Assembly: GCF_006345805.1 (NCBI RefSeq)
Contig: NC_043001.1
Span: forward strand, 100,874,001-100,938,000
DNA length: 64,000 bases
Reading direction: 5' to 3'
Source of the DNA: Octopus sinensis
Lineage: Eukaryota
In this document: positions 1 to 12,085 of the stretch, one piece after another
Numbering within the stretch: the first letter of the stretch is position 1
Layout of the letters: the number at the start of each line of letters is the position of its first letter
Program-made: the position numbers and the translations under genes
The notes under the pieces: model-generated
What the model was told of the DNA's origin: nothing
What the model saw: the letters and a program-made list of their open reading frames with translations, nothing else
The model's database searches: none

Positions 1-649
1 TTTGTGTGCACATGTATGTATATATATATATATGTATATATGTATATGTATGTATATATATATATGTATGTATATATGTATATTTGTATGAATATTTACA
101 TATTTGTATGTATATATATATGTTAAATATATATATATATGTATGTATATATGTGTGTGTGTGTATGTATATATATATATACATACATAGAATATGTACA
201 TGTATATATTTATAAATATATGCATACACACATACAAGCATGCATACATTCACATTATATATTTATAAAACATCAACACCGACAACAACGTTAGTGATAA
301 TAATAATATTTTTCTTTATGAGCCACAGGGTCTGAAAGAGATACAAAAAATACGAAACTTTCACTAAAAGCTACAAGGAAAGAGAGGATAATGTGGAGCG
401 TTGAAAATACCTTTACAAATTAAGAAGAGAGGTAATAAGAGATGTTACACAATACACAGAAAGATGCATTAAGAATACTAAAGGTATGCATACACACACA
501 CGCACACATATGTGTTCATTTTTCTCTCCAAACACTCACACACACACGCATGCATGCACCCATGCACGCGTGCATACATACATACATACATACATACATA
601 CATGCATACATACATACATACAAACACAAATTCATACACATATATTTAC

Positions 650-792
650 ATGTAGCGGTTCGGCAAAAGAGACCGATAGAATAAGTACTGGGCTTACAAA
701 GAATAAGTCCCGGGGTTGATTTGCTCGACTAAAGGCGGTGCTCCAGCATGGCCGCAGTCAAATGACTGAAACAAGTAAAAGAGTAAAAGAGT
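650..792 (+). mobile_element. SINE 3' fragment ending (gtaaaaga)n
   Basis: ctccagcatggccgcagtcaaatgactgaaacaagtaaaagagtaaaagag; relatives at 22600-22840, 26570-26760 and 53165-53345, and reversed at 44035-44215 and 52450-52640. Confidence 0.7.
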
Positions 793-799
793 ACATAAT

Positions 800-2560
800 A
801 ATTAAAACATGATATGATTTAAAGAACAAAACATGAAAGATTTTTGTGGGGGGTTGAACTGGGCCCTCTTCTCAAATTGTCTTTAAATGCAATGAAATGC
901 ACCACCAAGTAGTTTGTGAGACATTTGGCCTTGAAAAGTTACAGGATTGTTTTTGTTTTAAATTCGGGCAAAATGTCTTGATTTTAATTTTACTTGAAAT
1001 CTATCTGTTCCCTATTGTTTATATCCCTGAACTCAATTGCTTAGGTCGGTGGCACCCAAGAGGAATAACTTTGTCTATCAACTGTTAATTTGATTTCTGA
1101 AGAATGGTGAATCATTGTTCATTTTATTCTTTTCGTTTTCTCCATTATTTTCCTAGGGAGGGATTCATTGTTGAGTAGGAGACATTATTCCACCTATTTC
1201 GTTGTTTCATGTTTAGTCTTCTCTGAGATTCAATTCCTATTTTTTTCTCTTTTCACTAAGCATTTTTGAATTTCATCTTCACCTATTATTATTTCCTCTT
1301 CATCACACAACTGAAGTGTGGTATTACAGGTTGGTGTTGTTAGGAGGGAGGCATTTGCTCATCTGTTTGAGATTCATGGCCAAACAGCATTTGCCATCCC
1401 CAGAGATTTTGATTAGTGGTGCTCTAGACTTTGCTCTTTGTTATTTTTCCTTTATGTTTTTGTTTACTCTTCTTAGTTTTACCAAACACTCAATCTTACG
1501 ATGTATTTTACTCAAATACAGCACCTAGGCTTTCTTCCCTGTATCACTAATCTTATGGCCTTTTCTTGGCCCTCTCTGCCTTGCACAGTTTCGATAATGC
1601 TCTGTTGTCTTCAGGTGTCTTTAGAATTTGCAAGTGCTTTTCAGTGCCCCTGATCACTGTTCACCTTTCATTACATTGCCTTAATTATTCTCCCTTACCA
1701 AAGCACAAAAGTCAGTCACTGTTAGCCATGGGTCTAAGTCATTTCTAATGCCTTTTATAAGAACTCTTGTATTTCTTTGACCCAGATACTGGAACACAAA
1801 TATATAGTCAGAGGTATAGTCTGACAATTTTTAGCCACTGCTTTTGCTGTCTTCAAATTTAAACATACAGAAGAAAATGTTTACTTCTTTCAATTGAGAT
1901 AATATCCCCCAGTGTGTTATGAAGAACTTGCGTTGTTTTTAAGTTTATCTCTACGGATTTTCAGGGCTAGTTCCAAATTCTACAGAACTAGGACACAGTA
2001 TTGACTTATAAAACTCTAATAAATCTGGAAGAATATATTATGGTTGCAAAACGAAATACTGAACCCCTAGCAGCAGTTAACTTTTATTTTATGACATTGG
2101 GGGAAATTGAATCTATTTTTATCTTTTCTTGAACAGATATACTTAACCTTCTTCTTTGGCCTCTCATAGATCATCCCATTTGACGAAGCAGTGCTGTTGG
2201 GTTTTACAAAATCCTCTCATCTATTTTGTTTCTTGCATATGTGATCGACCAAAATATTCCATCTGCTCATTTTGTATTGAGAGAAAGCTTCTACCTTCAT
2301 GCAGCTGCTACATGAATGGGCCACAGCTTTTGGAATTGTCTAAGAGTTGCTATTGCAATTGTGGTTGGTATTAAGGCTGTTGCTTTCTAATTTACATTTT
2401 TGTGACATCTTATTTTACGAATTGTTCACTAAAGTACTTTTTTCTCTTCATCTTCTTGTACATTTAATTGTGAGCTTTGATTTTGTATTGTATTTTAGCC
2501 ATTGAAGTATTTTGCTGTTGGGTATATTTATGGGTGATTGCCATTTTGGATGAGGAAAAT
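800..2560 (-). mobile_element. Highly decayed APE-RT LINE relic
   Basis: Remnants of the endonuclease-RT linker (RALSKLCKAERAKKR..YREESL) and RT motifs (HRPKQLSS, FIAFKDNL). Confidence 0.4.
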
Positions 2561-2604
2561 AATTTGAGTAAAGAAAAATATTAAAAGTTTGTGACACAAT
2601 CCTC

Positions 2605-2646
<42 letters not shown>

Positions 2647-3612
2647 TGGTTGTCAACCCTCAGGTGTCAAGAATAGGCTTTCCTAAGGGAATTCTAGGTT
2701 GTTTTTTAACAAGTACTCCAAAGAAAATTTCATCTGGTAATACTTGAATAAAACATGTTTTGAAGAGAGATTCAAAAATATCTTCATACGAGAATCAAAG
2801 ATAACAACAACAGCAACAACAACAGCAGCAACAACAACAATAATAAACAACATAAGATAAAGTTCATGCTATCAACCAGTATGAGAACGAGCAGTGACTA
2901 CAATCAATCAGCATTATCATCAAAGATAGCACCATTAATTTTGTCATCATGTCCACTATCGTTGTTGTCATCATCATGAACAGAATCCTGGCCAAGACTA
3001 TTACCTTATCAGCATCATTATTTCCACATCTAATGCCATCTTTATCATCGCCAACAGCAATGCAACCAGCATATCATAACCGTCACTGCCATCCTCACAA
3101 CCACCAACATCTTTAATGTCATTATGGATACCAAATGCCACTCCCACCATACCACTACCACTACTTCCACCACCACCACCACCACCACCATCATTATCTT
3201 TAATATCACTGTGAGCATCGCTACCACCACCAACATATAATCATTCCCATAACCATTACTGTCAGCAATGACTACAAAAATGAAACCATTTGAATCAACA
3301 ACAATGCTTCTATGCAGTTATACAGTCTACTAGAAATAGCAACCAAATTTTCTTCAAATCCCATTCTACCTTCTTTAAATAGAAATAACACCGACAATGC
3401 TGAGCGTAGAGTTTGCAGAGATTGATAACAATGGTTCTCCACTGTTGTTTTCTTTGTGACTCCCTCTTTGAAGTTCTTGTGGTGGCCACGGTGAAGACAG
3501 AATAATTAAAGGAATTAGGAACAGGATAATTGCCATTGTGCAACAGAGTCTTTTTTAGAACTCTACATCTCAGCACAGTGCTTTATATTAATCAGTTAAT
3601 TGACTCTATGGC

Positions 3613-3906
3613 CAGTGGTGGACTGGGTCTAAAAATATTGGTTGCCAGGAGACAAAGGGGGCCCACCAGCAACTACAATGCTATCATTTATTCTATTTTT
3701 TTTTGCTAAAAGTATTCTTTTCAACTGTCTACAAACACAACCAAGCTGAAATAATTAATGCATTCTTCCAGGAGTGAATAAAATATTCTCAAACTTGAGG
3801 GGATGGGTCCCTTAGATACTAACATGTGGCCCCATATATGGATTCTAATAGTGCAAGAGCCCACTTGCCATCAGGCAACCTGGCAACCTGGCTAAGTCCA
3901 CCACTG
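3613..3906. mobile_element. hAT-type MITE
   Basis: 12-bp TIRs cagtggtggact/agtccaccactg; 8-bp flanks tctatggc/gttatggc (6 of 8 match, likely TSD). Confidence 0.7.
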
Positions 3907-4259
3907 GTTATGGCAATGTTTGTGCACACTGGTTTTTATGGAAAGAGGTGTTGTAGATATTCCTGAATAGTTAAGGATTATTGAAAAGGAAGCATCAGAG
4001 ACTGTAGTGGGTAAGTCTTACTTTAGTAACAAATGGTAACATGTATGTTTGTGTGGCCTAGAATGGTGTCATTGCCTTTTGTTCTTTGTAGCTTGATGTG
4101 AAGAGATTGGGTAGGGCTCCAGGCGGCACCGTTTATGGTCTACAAGGGATACCATGCATTGTTTTTGAGGAAATGTGAGATCTCTAAATGTGTTCAGTAT
4201 GTTTATGTATTGCAACATGTTTTCCTGCTGTCTTCCATGTTTCCCCTGAACATGATAGG

Positions 4260-5075
4260 CATGTTTATTATCATCAACATCATCATCAGCATCATCATCA
4301 TCCTCATCACCAACACCATCACCACCACCACCACCACTACCAACTCCATCGTCATCATCACCATCACTACCAACAACAACTCTAAGGCCACCACCACTAC
4401 CAACTCCATCATCTTCATCAACATCATCATCAGCATCATCATCATCATCAACATCAGCATCATCATCATCATCACCAACACCACCACCACCACTACCAAC
4501 TGCATTGTCATCATCACCATCACTACCAACAACAACTCTATGGCCACCACCACTACCAACTCCATCATCTTCATCATCATCATCATCATCATTGCTGCCT
4601 TCACCACCACCGCCATCAACTTCATCATCATCATTGCCACCACCACCACCCCCAACTCCATCATCATCACCATCAGCATTGCTGCTATCACCACCTCCAT
4701 CACCACCTCCGTCATCATCATCATCATCAGCATCAGCATCATCACCAACACCACCACCACCACCGCCAACTCCATCGTCATTATCACCATCACCGCCAAC
4801 AACAACTCTATGGCCACCACCACCACCATCACCAACTCCATCATCTTCATCATCATCATTGCTGCCTTCACCACTTCCATCACCACCTCCATCATCATCA
4901 TCAGCATCATCGTCATCATCACCAACACCACCACCACCACTGCCAATTCCATCGTCATCATCATTGCTGCCTTCACCACCTCATCACCACCACCACCACC
5001 AACTTCATTATCATCATCATCATCATTGCCACCATACTACCTCCATCACCACCTCCATCATCATCATCATCATTA
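4260..5075. repeat. Compound CAT/CAC/CAA trinucleotide array with higher-order repeats
   Basis: The block accaccactaccaactccatcgtcatcatcaccatcactaccaacaacaactcta(a/t)ggcc recurs near 4330, 4490 and 4760. Confidence 0.9.
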
Positions 5076-8000
5076 TAATCAATTTTGTGCATAGGCAATA
5101 TATGTGCCATTGAGTGTGAATGATTGGTTTGGCTGGTGTTTCTTGGTAAGAAAGATGGTGACTCTGGCAGGTGACACTGTTTCAAGTTACGTTTCTAAGT
5201 GATTTATGTCAGATGAAATAGTTGTGAATATTTGGTAACAGAGAGAAAGGTGCTAAAACACTTTAATAGTAATTTTCATCAGAATGGTACCAAAAAAAAA
5301 AAAATTTTTAAATTAACTCACGTAATCAAGATCAAAAGCTTCTGGCTGTAGTCATTAACTTCTGCATTTTTTTCCCAATTTATCAACCTGACTGCATTTG
5401 GAAAAAAAAAGTCTATCTTTTACAATTTTATTGGTGCTATTATCCATAATTTTAAAACTATAAAAACGTGTGTTCCACCAGTAGGACTTTTATATTTGTG
5501 CAAAATATGTGAGAATATTTTGCATAAATTTAAAAAATGAGATTTTATTGATGCCTGTTCTAAAAGTCCTCAACCATGATTTTTATTAATATAACTTCAT
5601 GATTAGGTGCTTTTAGTTAAAACCATTACTCACTGTAAAAGCTCTGTTCGTAAATTATCAAGATATTTAATATACTTTCATACAGTTTACTTTAATTAGT
5701 TTGCGTCCATTAAGTCATAGAAATATATGTAAATGACTTCCAGATGTCTGGCAAATTTGGGCAAATATTTTACATCTCATAGACTCTAAGTTGGATAATG
5801 GTTGTCTTGGCAAATTAGGAAAGCAGATTCTGCTTAAATAATTAAGTTATTTGCAAGACAATAACAGTAGAACTTTCCTGTTGATGGAAAATATATTAAC
5901 ATATTTAAGAGAGCGCATCAAAAAAGCTAACTTGGAAACAATTATATGGCAAGGAAAAAGCTAATATTAGTCAATGACTAATATCAGTTTTATTCTTTCA
6001 GCAAGTACAAGAGATAACTTTGAACATGTTTTTGTCTTATCAAACCTCATCAGTTGAAGTTGTGATTTACTAAGTGAATATATAATAAGTACATTTGTAG
6101 GTATATAAAAATAGAAGTCTTTGTAGATTCTACATAAATACCAATAAAGTTTATGATCAATAGAAAACCATGATTATCATTGATTGAGTAAAAGATAAAG
6201 AAGGAAAGTGTTCTGGAGAATTCAATCCTGGGAAGAAATGAATGGTTAACGATTTTCCTACCAGATCTGATAAGTAATTTAATGATGGAAATGAAGGGAA
6301 GAGGAACACAAAATTATTATGATTCTCTGAGGTGGTGACTGCTCTGAATGATATGGAATAAATTAAAGAGTGTTGGAGTGTGAATGTGTACCTATCTAGT
6401 GGGTGTCTTTATGTCAATGCTATGTAGAATGTTGTTTATAGGGTGGGTGTACTATCTTAGATATGTGAGAAAAATGCAAGTGAAGGCTGGAGGCAGATAT
6501 TTTACAAGTGGAGACACTCAGACTGGGTGGTTTCATTTTTTGTATTCTTATGATACCAATTTACATGAGAAGCAGGAATCAGGATGAATGATTATTTTAC
6601 AACTGATTTAGAATAATTAGAATGATAATTACAAAGAATACTCTATAAATTGCTGAATGAAGAATACATTGAGAACCACTGTTGGATAAATTCTCAAAAT
6701 GCTGTTTAGAAAGAATGTTGAATTTTCATACTGAGTCATCAGAACTGCGGTGATAGTAGAGGAACGGAATTCACTTAACATTCGATGGCCAAATCAATCA
6801 AAAATAGGTATTAAAGGAATAATTTTTCATTCTAAGCAGCAGGGTGGCATAATTGACATGTGCTCCATTAGTTTGACATGTTGAGCTCAAGAACAAAAAC
6901 AGTCATACTCAGCATGGTTTTAAAACTACCTCGGTGATCAAAGGACACAAGTCCAGTCTTACTACATTTACTACTGGTAGTTTTATGATATATCTTATAA
7001 TGATGAAATTTCTCGATTAGATTAACAGTAGATCAACTATGATCTTTCATGCAAAAAGGGAAATGAAAGAAAAGATGACATGTATAAATCTCCTGGATTA
7101 GGCGAGTTTAACATAGGAATCAAAAGTCCATCAGTTTAACTGGCTCAGAAATTGTATCAGTTTTATGAAATGGTAATTATTTCTGTAAAACTCTGGATTT
7201 TAACAGATAAGCAAAGCATATGAGACATTAAACAAAAGAAATAAATGGTTGAAATGCTGCAGCAACCAATTAATTTTAGGTTTGAGTAATGAGAATAAAG
7301 TTCCAAAACCAGTGTAAAATGGAGATCCTTTGTGTATGTGGAGTTTATTCAGTCCCAGTTGCCTGTATGGTGGGACAATAAAAGATGCAATCCAACAAAG
7401 AACTAAACTTATCTAAAGGAATGTAAAAGTATTACGATAGCAGAAAATCACTGAGAAGAAAAGAAGCAATAATTTAAAAAGAACATTTTTTCTGGCACCA
7501 TGTCTGTGACAAAGGATTACCTAAGCCTCATAAGATCCCAATACTTCACACATATTCAAAAGTCAATGCATAAATAATGTAGTCTTTGTATATAAATGTT
7601 TTATTTATGCAAGTTGTTAGGCAATAAATTCATTTTCAATCTCTAGTATTATCATATGTAAGCGCTTTACCTTCGAAATCCCTCAACTAAATCACACATC
7701 AATCAAATTAATGTAAAAATGAGAAAAGAAAGAAAAATATTTGAAATAATGTAAATCAATATCTATAGAAACGAAAAGAATTTTGATAGAAATAAAGAAA
7801 ATGCATTAAAGAAATAAAGAAATACATTAAAGTCTTCAGTACTTAAGATAAAGATGGGAAGCTGCAACGAGTTTTCCTCTTGGTTCTTTTTTTTTTTTTT
7901 GGTTTTTTACATTTTCAATTTCCTTTTATTGTGTGGAACACTATCTGTCATTAATAAGAAAAAACTCAATCCTCAAAAATTCTTTGTATGCATAAGATGC

Positions 8001-8818
8001 ATATACATACATACTTATTCATACCTAAATATATATGTATATATGTGTGTGTGTCTACACACACACACACACGCATACACATACACATACTGAGAGTGAA
8101 AGCAAGAGAGATCAAATAGATTGTTGACCACAATACGACCTTTTAGATTAGTGCAAATAGACTCTTATTTATTAATTGGAATTAAAGATATAGATCTCTG
8201 ATCTTACAATCACCACCATCTTCAGAATATCTTGCAGGTGTCTTCCTCATTGTTTTCAATTCGATTAGACTAGCAAATTGAAATACCAAATGACTTAATT
8301 GTCAGAGATGTCAATAATGCCATCTCTCATTGGTCTACAGTCAGTCTCCAATGTACTTACCAAATCTCTAACTCGTCATGCTGCAATTTGGCATCGACAC
8401 TCCACAAGCATCAGAAATTTCTCCAGTTTAGCAATTATATTATCGTTATTATTATAACAAAGGCATTATTATTGCCAAATTGACAGCAGTCAAGTAAGTG
8501 AGGAATTATTTTTAAATTCGAAGGCAATCACACATTAGTCAAACTAGTTTGCTATTTAATTCTAAATATTCTAGTATTGAGAACATTGTATGTGTTGATT
8601 CAATACATATATATTTATACACACACACATATATAGATATACAGATATACATCCAAATATATAAACATATATACATATATATCTATATATATATTAGAAA
8701 AAATGAGGTATTTCTTCTAATATATAATACCTGTACATCATCTCCGAACCTTCTGATATATATATATATGTATGTATATATGTATATATAAATATATGTA
8801 TATATATATATGTATATA

Positions 8819-8892
<74 letters not shown>

Positions 8893-10963
8893 GGAGGAGA
8901 ACCTGCCAAATGTTGACCCAGTAGAGGGACCAGCTACCCGAATAGACAGCTCCCTTGTAGATAAGGCAATTAAGGATATGAAACCAGGCAAAGCCCCTGG
9001 CCTATCAGGAATCACTGCTGAGATGCTTAAAACAGCTGGCTATGTGGGCTATGCCATAGTCACCCGCATTGTAAACCAGGTAGTTCACAATGGAGTCATA
9101 CCCAATGACTGGTGCAGCAGCACCATAGTCAACTGCTACAAGGGTAAGGGTGATGCTCTAGATAGAAATAACTACAGAGGCATCAAACTGTTGGACCAGG
9201 TGATGAAGGTCTCAGAGAAGGTCATAACCAATCTCATTAGGGAGAGAATTTGTTTAGATGAAATGCAGTTCGGTTTTGTACCAGGTAGAAGCACCACTGA
9301 TGCTATATTCCTGGTCCGACAACTGCAGGAGAAGTACCTAGCTAAAGATAAACCCCTCTACATAGCTTTTGTAGACTTGGAGAAAGCCTTTGACAGGGTT
9401 CCCCGTTCCCTTATCTGGTGGTCGATGCGGAAACTGGAGATTGAAGAATGGCTAATAAGGGCTGTACAGGCTCTATACAGAGAGGCTGTCAGCAAGGTTA
9501 GGATTGGCAACGAATATAGTGAAGAATTCCGGGTAGAAGTAGGTGTGCACCAGGGCTCAGCCCTCAGTCCCCTTTTATTTATCATAGTCCTTCAGGCAAT
9601 AACAGAGGAATTCAAAACGGGATGCCCCTGGGAGCTCCTCTATGCCGATGACCTAGCTCTCATAGCAGAATCACTACCGGAACTAGAAGAGAAATTTCGG
9701 GTGTGGAAGCAAGGGTTGGAATCAAAGGGCCTTAGAATAAATGTAGCAAAGACCAAAGTATTAGTAAGCAACAAGAGGTACTCAGCACACATCCCCTCGG
9801 GTAGGTGGCCCTGCTCAACCTGTAGGAAAGGTACAGGTAGAAACTCCATAAGATGCACCCAATGTAAGTTATGGACACATAAGAGGTGCAGCAACATTAA
9901 AGGGAAATTAACAGATAAGATAGCTTTCATGTGCGGCAGATGCACAGGGACAATAGACACAACAGACACTCAGAAAACAGATTCCATCACACTCCAGGGA
10001 GAGAAACTAGAAGTAGTTGATAGTTTCCGCTACCTGGGTGACCAAGTTAGTAGCGGAGGTGGATGCACAGAGAGTATCACCACTAGAATACGAATAGCCT
10101 GGGCAAAGTTCAGAAAGCTCCTACCCCTACTGGCAACAAAAGGTCTCTCCCTCAGAGCAAAAGGTAGATTGTATGATGCATGTGTGCGAACTGCCATGCT
10201 TCATGGTAATGAAACATGGGCTGTGACTGCAGAAGACATGCGTAGACTTGAAAGAAATGAAGCTAGCATGATCCGCTGGATGTGTAGTGTCAGTGTGCAC
10301 GCAAAACAGAGTGTAAGTATCCTGAGAGAAATGCTGGATATAAGAAGCATCAGATGTGGTGTACAAGAGCGACGCTTGCGATGGTATGGTCATGTGCTGC
10401 GGATGGATGAAGAGAGATGTGTGAAGAAGTGCCACTCCCAAACAGTTGAAGGTATCAGGGGGAGAGGTAGACCCAGGAAGACATGGGATGAAGTGGTCAA
10501 GCATGACCTCAGAACATTGGGCCTCACTGAGGCAATGGCGAAGGACCGAGATCTCTGGAGATATGCTGTGACTACAAAGACCCGGGCTGCTTCTGCAGCA
10601 ATTCCACATACCCCCTACCCATTCTAAGTACCCCGGATCCCCAAAGTACCCTGGATCCCCAAAGTACCCCGATCCCCAAAGTACCCCGGACCTCGTTGCC
10701 CCCGTGCCACTGACATGTTAAAATGCTCGAACCGATCGTGACGATGCCGGACCCTCCGGCCCCTGTGCAGGTGGCACGTAAAAAGCACCCAATCCACTCA
10801 CAGAGTGGTTGGCGTTAGGAAGGGCATCCAGCCGTAGAAACTCTGCCAGATTCAGACTGGAGCCTGGAGCGGCCCCTGGCTTCCCAGACCCGGTCGAACC
10901 GTCCAACCCGTGCTAGCGCGGAAAGCGGACGTTAAACGATGATGATGATGATGATGATGATGA
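8893..10963 (+). mobile_element. Young 5'-truncated RTE LINE with 3' UTR and (GAT)n tail, flanked by (TA)n on both sides
   Basis: Uninterrupted ORF; 3' UTR with 18-bp tandem repeats (10626-10690); ends ...gcggacgttaaac(gat)n; (TA)n directly upstream and downstream. Confidence 0.92.
8978..10627 (+). CDS. RTE-clade non-LTR retrotransposon reverse transcriptase (5'-truncated ORF) with internal PHD-type zinc finger
   Basis: 549-aa open frame with RT motifs [42 protein letters not shown] (9641-9652), [15 protein letters not shown] and an RTE-type C-terminus ([10 protein letters not shown]). The frame stays open upstream to 8894 ([13 protein letters not shown]). C4HC3 motif at 9812-9943. Confidence 0.95.
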   Translation: MKPGKAPGLSGITAEMLKTAGYVGYAIVTRIVNQVVHNGVIPNDWCSSTIVNCYKGKGDALDRNNYRGIKLLDQVMKVSEKVITNLIRERICLDEMQFGFVPGRSTTDAIFLVRQLQEKYLAKDKPLYIAFVDLEKAFDRVPRSLIWWSMRKLEIEEWLIRAVQALYREAVSKVRIGNEYSEEFRVEVGVHQGSALSPLLFIIVLQAITEEFKTGCPWELLYADDLALIAESLPELEEKFRVWKQGLESKGLRINVAKTKVLVSNKRYSAHIPSGRWPCSTCRKGTGRNSIRCTQCKLWTHKRCSNIKGKLTDKIAFMCGRCTGTIDTTDTQKTDSITLQGEKLEVVDSFRYLGDQVSSGGGCTESITTRIRIAWAKFRKLLPLLATKGLSLRAKGRLYDACVRTAMLHGNETWAVTAEDMRRLERNEASMIRWMCSVSVHAKQSVSILREMLDIRSIRCGVQERRLRWYGHVLRMDEERCVKKCHSQTVEGIRGRGRPRKTWDEVVKHDLRTLGLTEAMAKDRDLWRYAVTTKTRAASAAIPHTPYPF

Positions 10964-10965
10964 TG

Positions 10966-11001
<36 letters not shown>

Positions 11002-11330
11002 GATCATCATCATCATCATCATCATCATTTAGCGTCCGCTTTCCATGCTAGCATGGGTTGGACGGTTCAACTGGGGTCTGGGAAGCCAGAAGGCTGCATC
11101 AGGCCCAGTCTGATCTGGCAGTGTTTCTAAGGCTGGATGCCCTTCCTAACGCCAACCACTCCATGAGTGTAGTGGGTGCTTTTTACGTGCCACCCACACA
11201 GGTGCCAGACGGGGCTGGCAAACGGCCACGGACGGATGGTGCTTTTTACGTGCCACCGGCACAGGGGCCAGGCGAGGCTAGCAACGGCCACGATTGGATG
11301 GTGCTTTTTACGTGTCACCGGCACGGGGGC
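11002..11330 (-). mobile_element. RTE 3'-end/SINE-like copy, tail-to-tail with the LINE
   Basis: Starts with (ATC)n, then the reverse complement of the LINE 3' UTR (ggctggatgcccttcctaacgccaaccactc); three internal repeats of gtgcttttacgtg(c/t)cacc. Confidence 0.85.
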
Positions 11331-11520
11331 TAGTGTATAAACAAAGACGAAGACAAGTGTATAAACAACAAACAGGTGTATTAGTTTAGTGCTCGGGAAG
11401 GTGAGAAAATATTTTATGTTTCGAGCCTATGCTCTTCAACAGAGAGGAACATGAGGAAATAAACAGAGAGCAAATAAAAAAACTTTTGGAGCTAGCAGTC
11501 AATCATGGTGGCTGGATGGG
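11330..11520 (-). mobile_element. Penelope-like terminal-repeat fragment (family A) with variant hammerhead-like core
   Basis: Homologous to 31055-31232 and 35790-35985; carries CUGUUGA-A-GAGC(AUAG)GCUC-GAAA at 11411-11446. Confidence 0.5.
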
Positions 11521-11556
11521 CAGAGGTAATCAAATAGAAGAGCTGAGAAGAACTAT

Positions 11557-11591
<35 letters not shown>

Positions 11592-11592
11592 A

Positions 11593-11790
11593 AGTTAATC
11601 CAAACAAGAAAGCACAAAAAAACACAACAACGCGAGGACGTGAAACAAATATAGTATTATTGGACGCTCAGGAAAGAAGGAGGGTTTAACGTTTCGAGCG
11701 GAGCTCTTCGTCGGAAACATAGGAGAAGGAAAGATCCAGAGAAGGGAAGACAGAGGAAAAAAAATCGCCAACGGTACGCACGAGGTCATA
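11593..11790 (-). mobile_element. Penelope-like terminal-repeat fragment (family B) in (TA)n
   Basis: About 85-90% identical by eye to 26290-26483; contains a hammerhead; TA repeats on both sides. Confidence 0.65.
11684..11718 (-). ncRNA. Minimal type I hammerhead ribozyme motif (family B)
   Basis: Minus strand GUUU-CCGACGA-A-GAGC(UCC)GCUC-GAA-ACGU-U-AAAC: core, helix II, palindromic ACGU helix III, GUU site, 4-bp helix I. Confidence 0.65.
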
Positions 11791-12034
11791 TTATATATAT
11801 AAATGAAAAATGCATTGTAAATAAACTATGACAAAAAACCAAAACTTTTAACTGATGAAGAATTAGCGACCCTCTGTGTCTTAAACGTATATGTTTATAT
11901 TTGTCATCATTTACTTACAACACATTTTTTCATTTATGTAGTAATGATATACAGTACACAACCAATGGTTATAAACAGTAATTTTATGTATGTATGTATA
12001 TATATATATATATATATATTTATTATATAGAAGG

Positions 12035-12085
12035 AGCTTCTACAGGACTAGAACTGTTTCATTCAAAAGAAATCATCAGGAAGCT
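12035..12085 (-). ncRNA. Type I hammerhead ribozyme motif (family D)
   Basis: AGCUUC-CUGAUGA-U UUC(UUUU)GAA U-GAA-ACAG(UUCUAGUC)CUGU-A-GAAGCU: 6-bp helix I, 4-bp helix III, GUA site; U.U at 10.1-11.1. Confidence 0.65.

Noticed and set aside
1585-1620. CUGAAGA...GAAAC on the minus strand
   Set aside because: No helix II and no NUH site; it lies in a LINE relic. Hits at 29297, 31872, 49853 and 60007 were rejected for similar reasons.
3971-4170. 81-nt GT-AG intron-like segment (4011-4091) on the plus strand
   Set aside because: All joined frames hit a stop within a few codons; no supporting homology.
4135-5113. 319-, 258- and 202-aa ORFs
   Set aside because: They are stop-free frames of a CAT/CAC array, with no domain or splice context.
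6714-6746. CUGAUGA-CUCAGUAU-GAAAAUUC-AAC on the minus strand
   Set aside because: Helix II does not pair and helix I has only 3 bp; compatible with chance.
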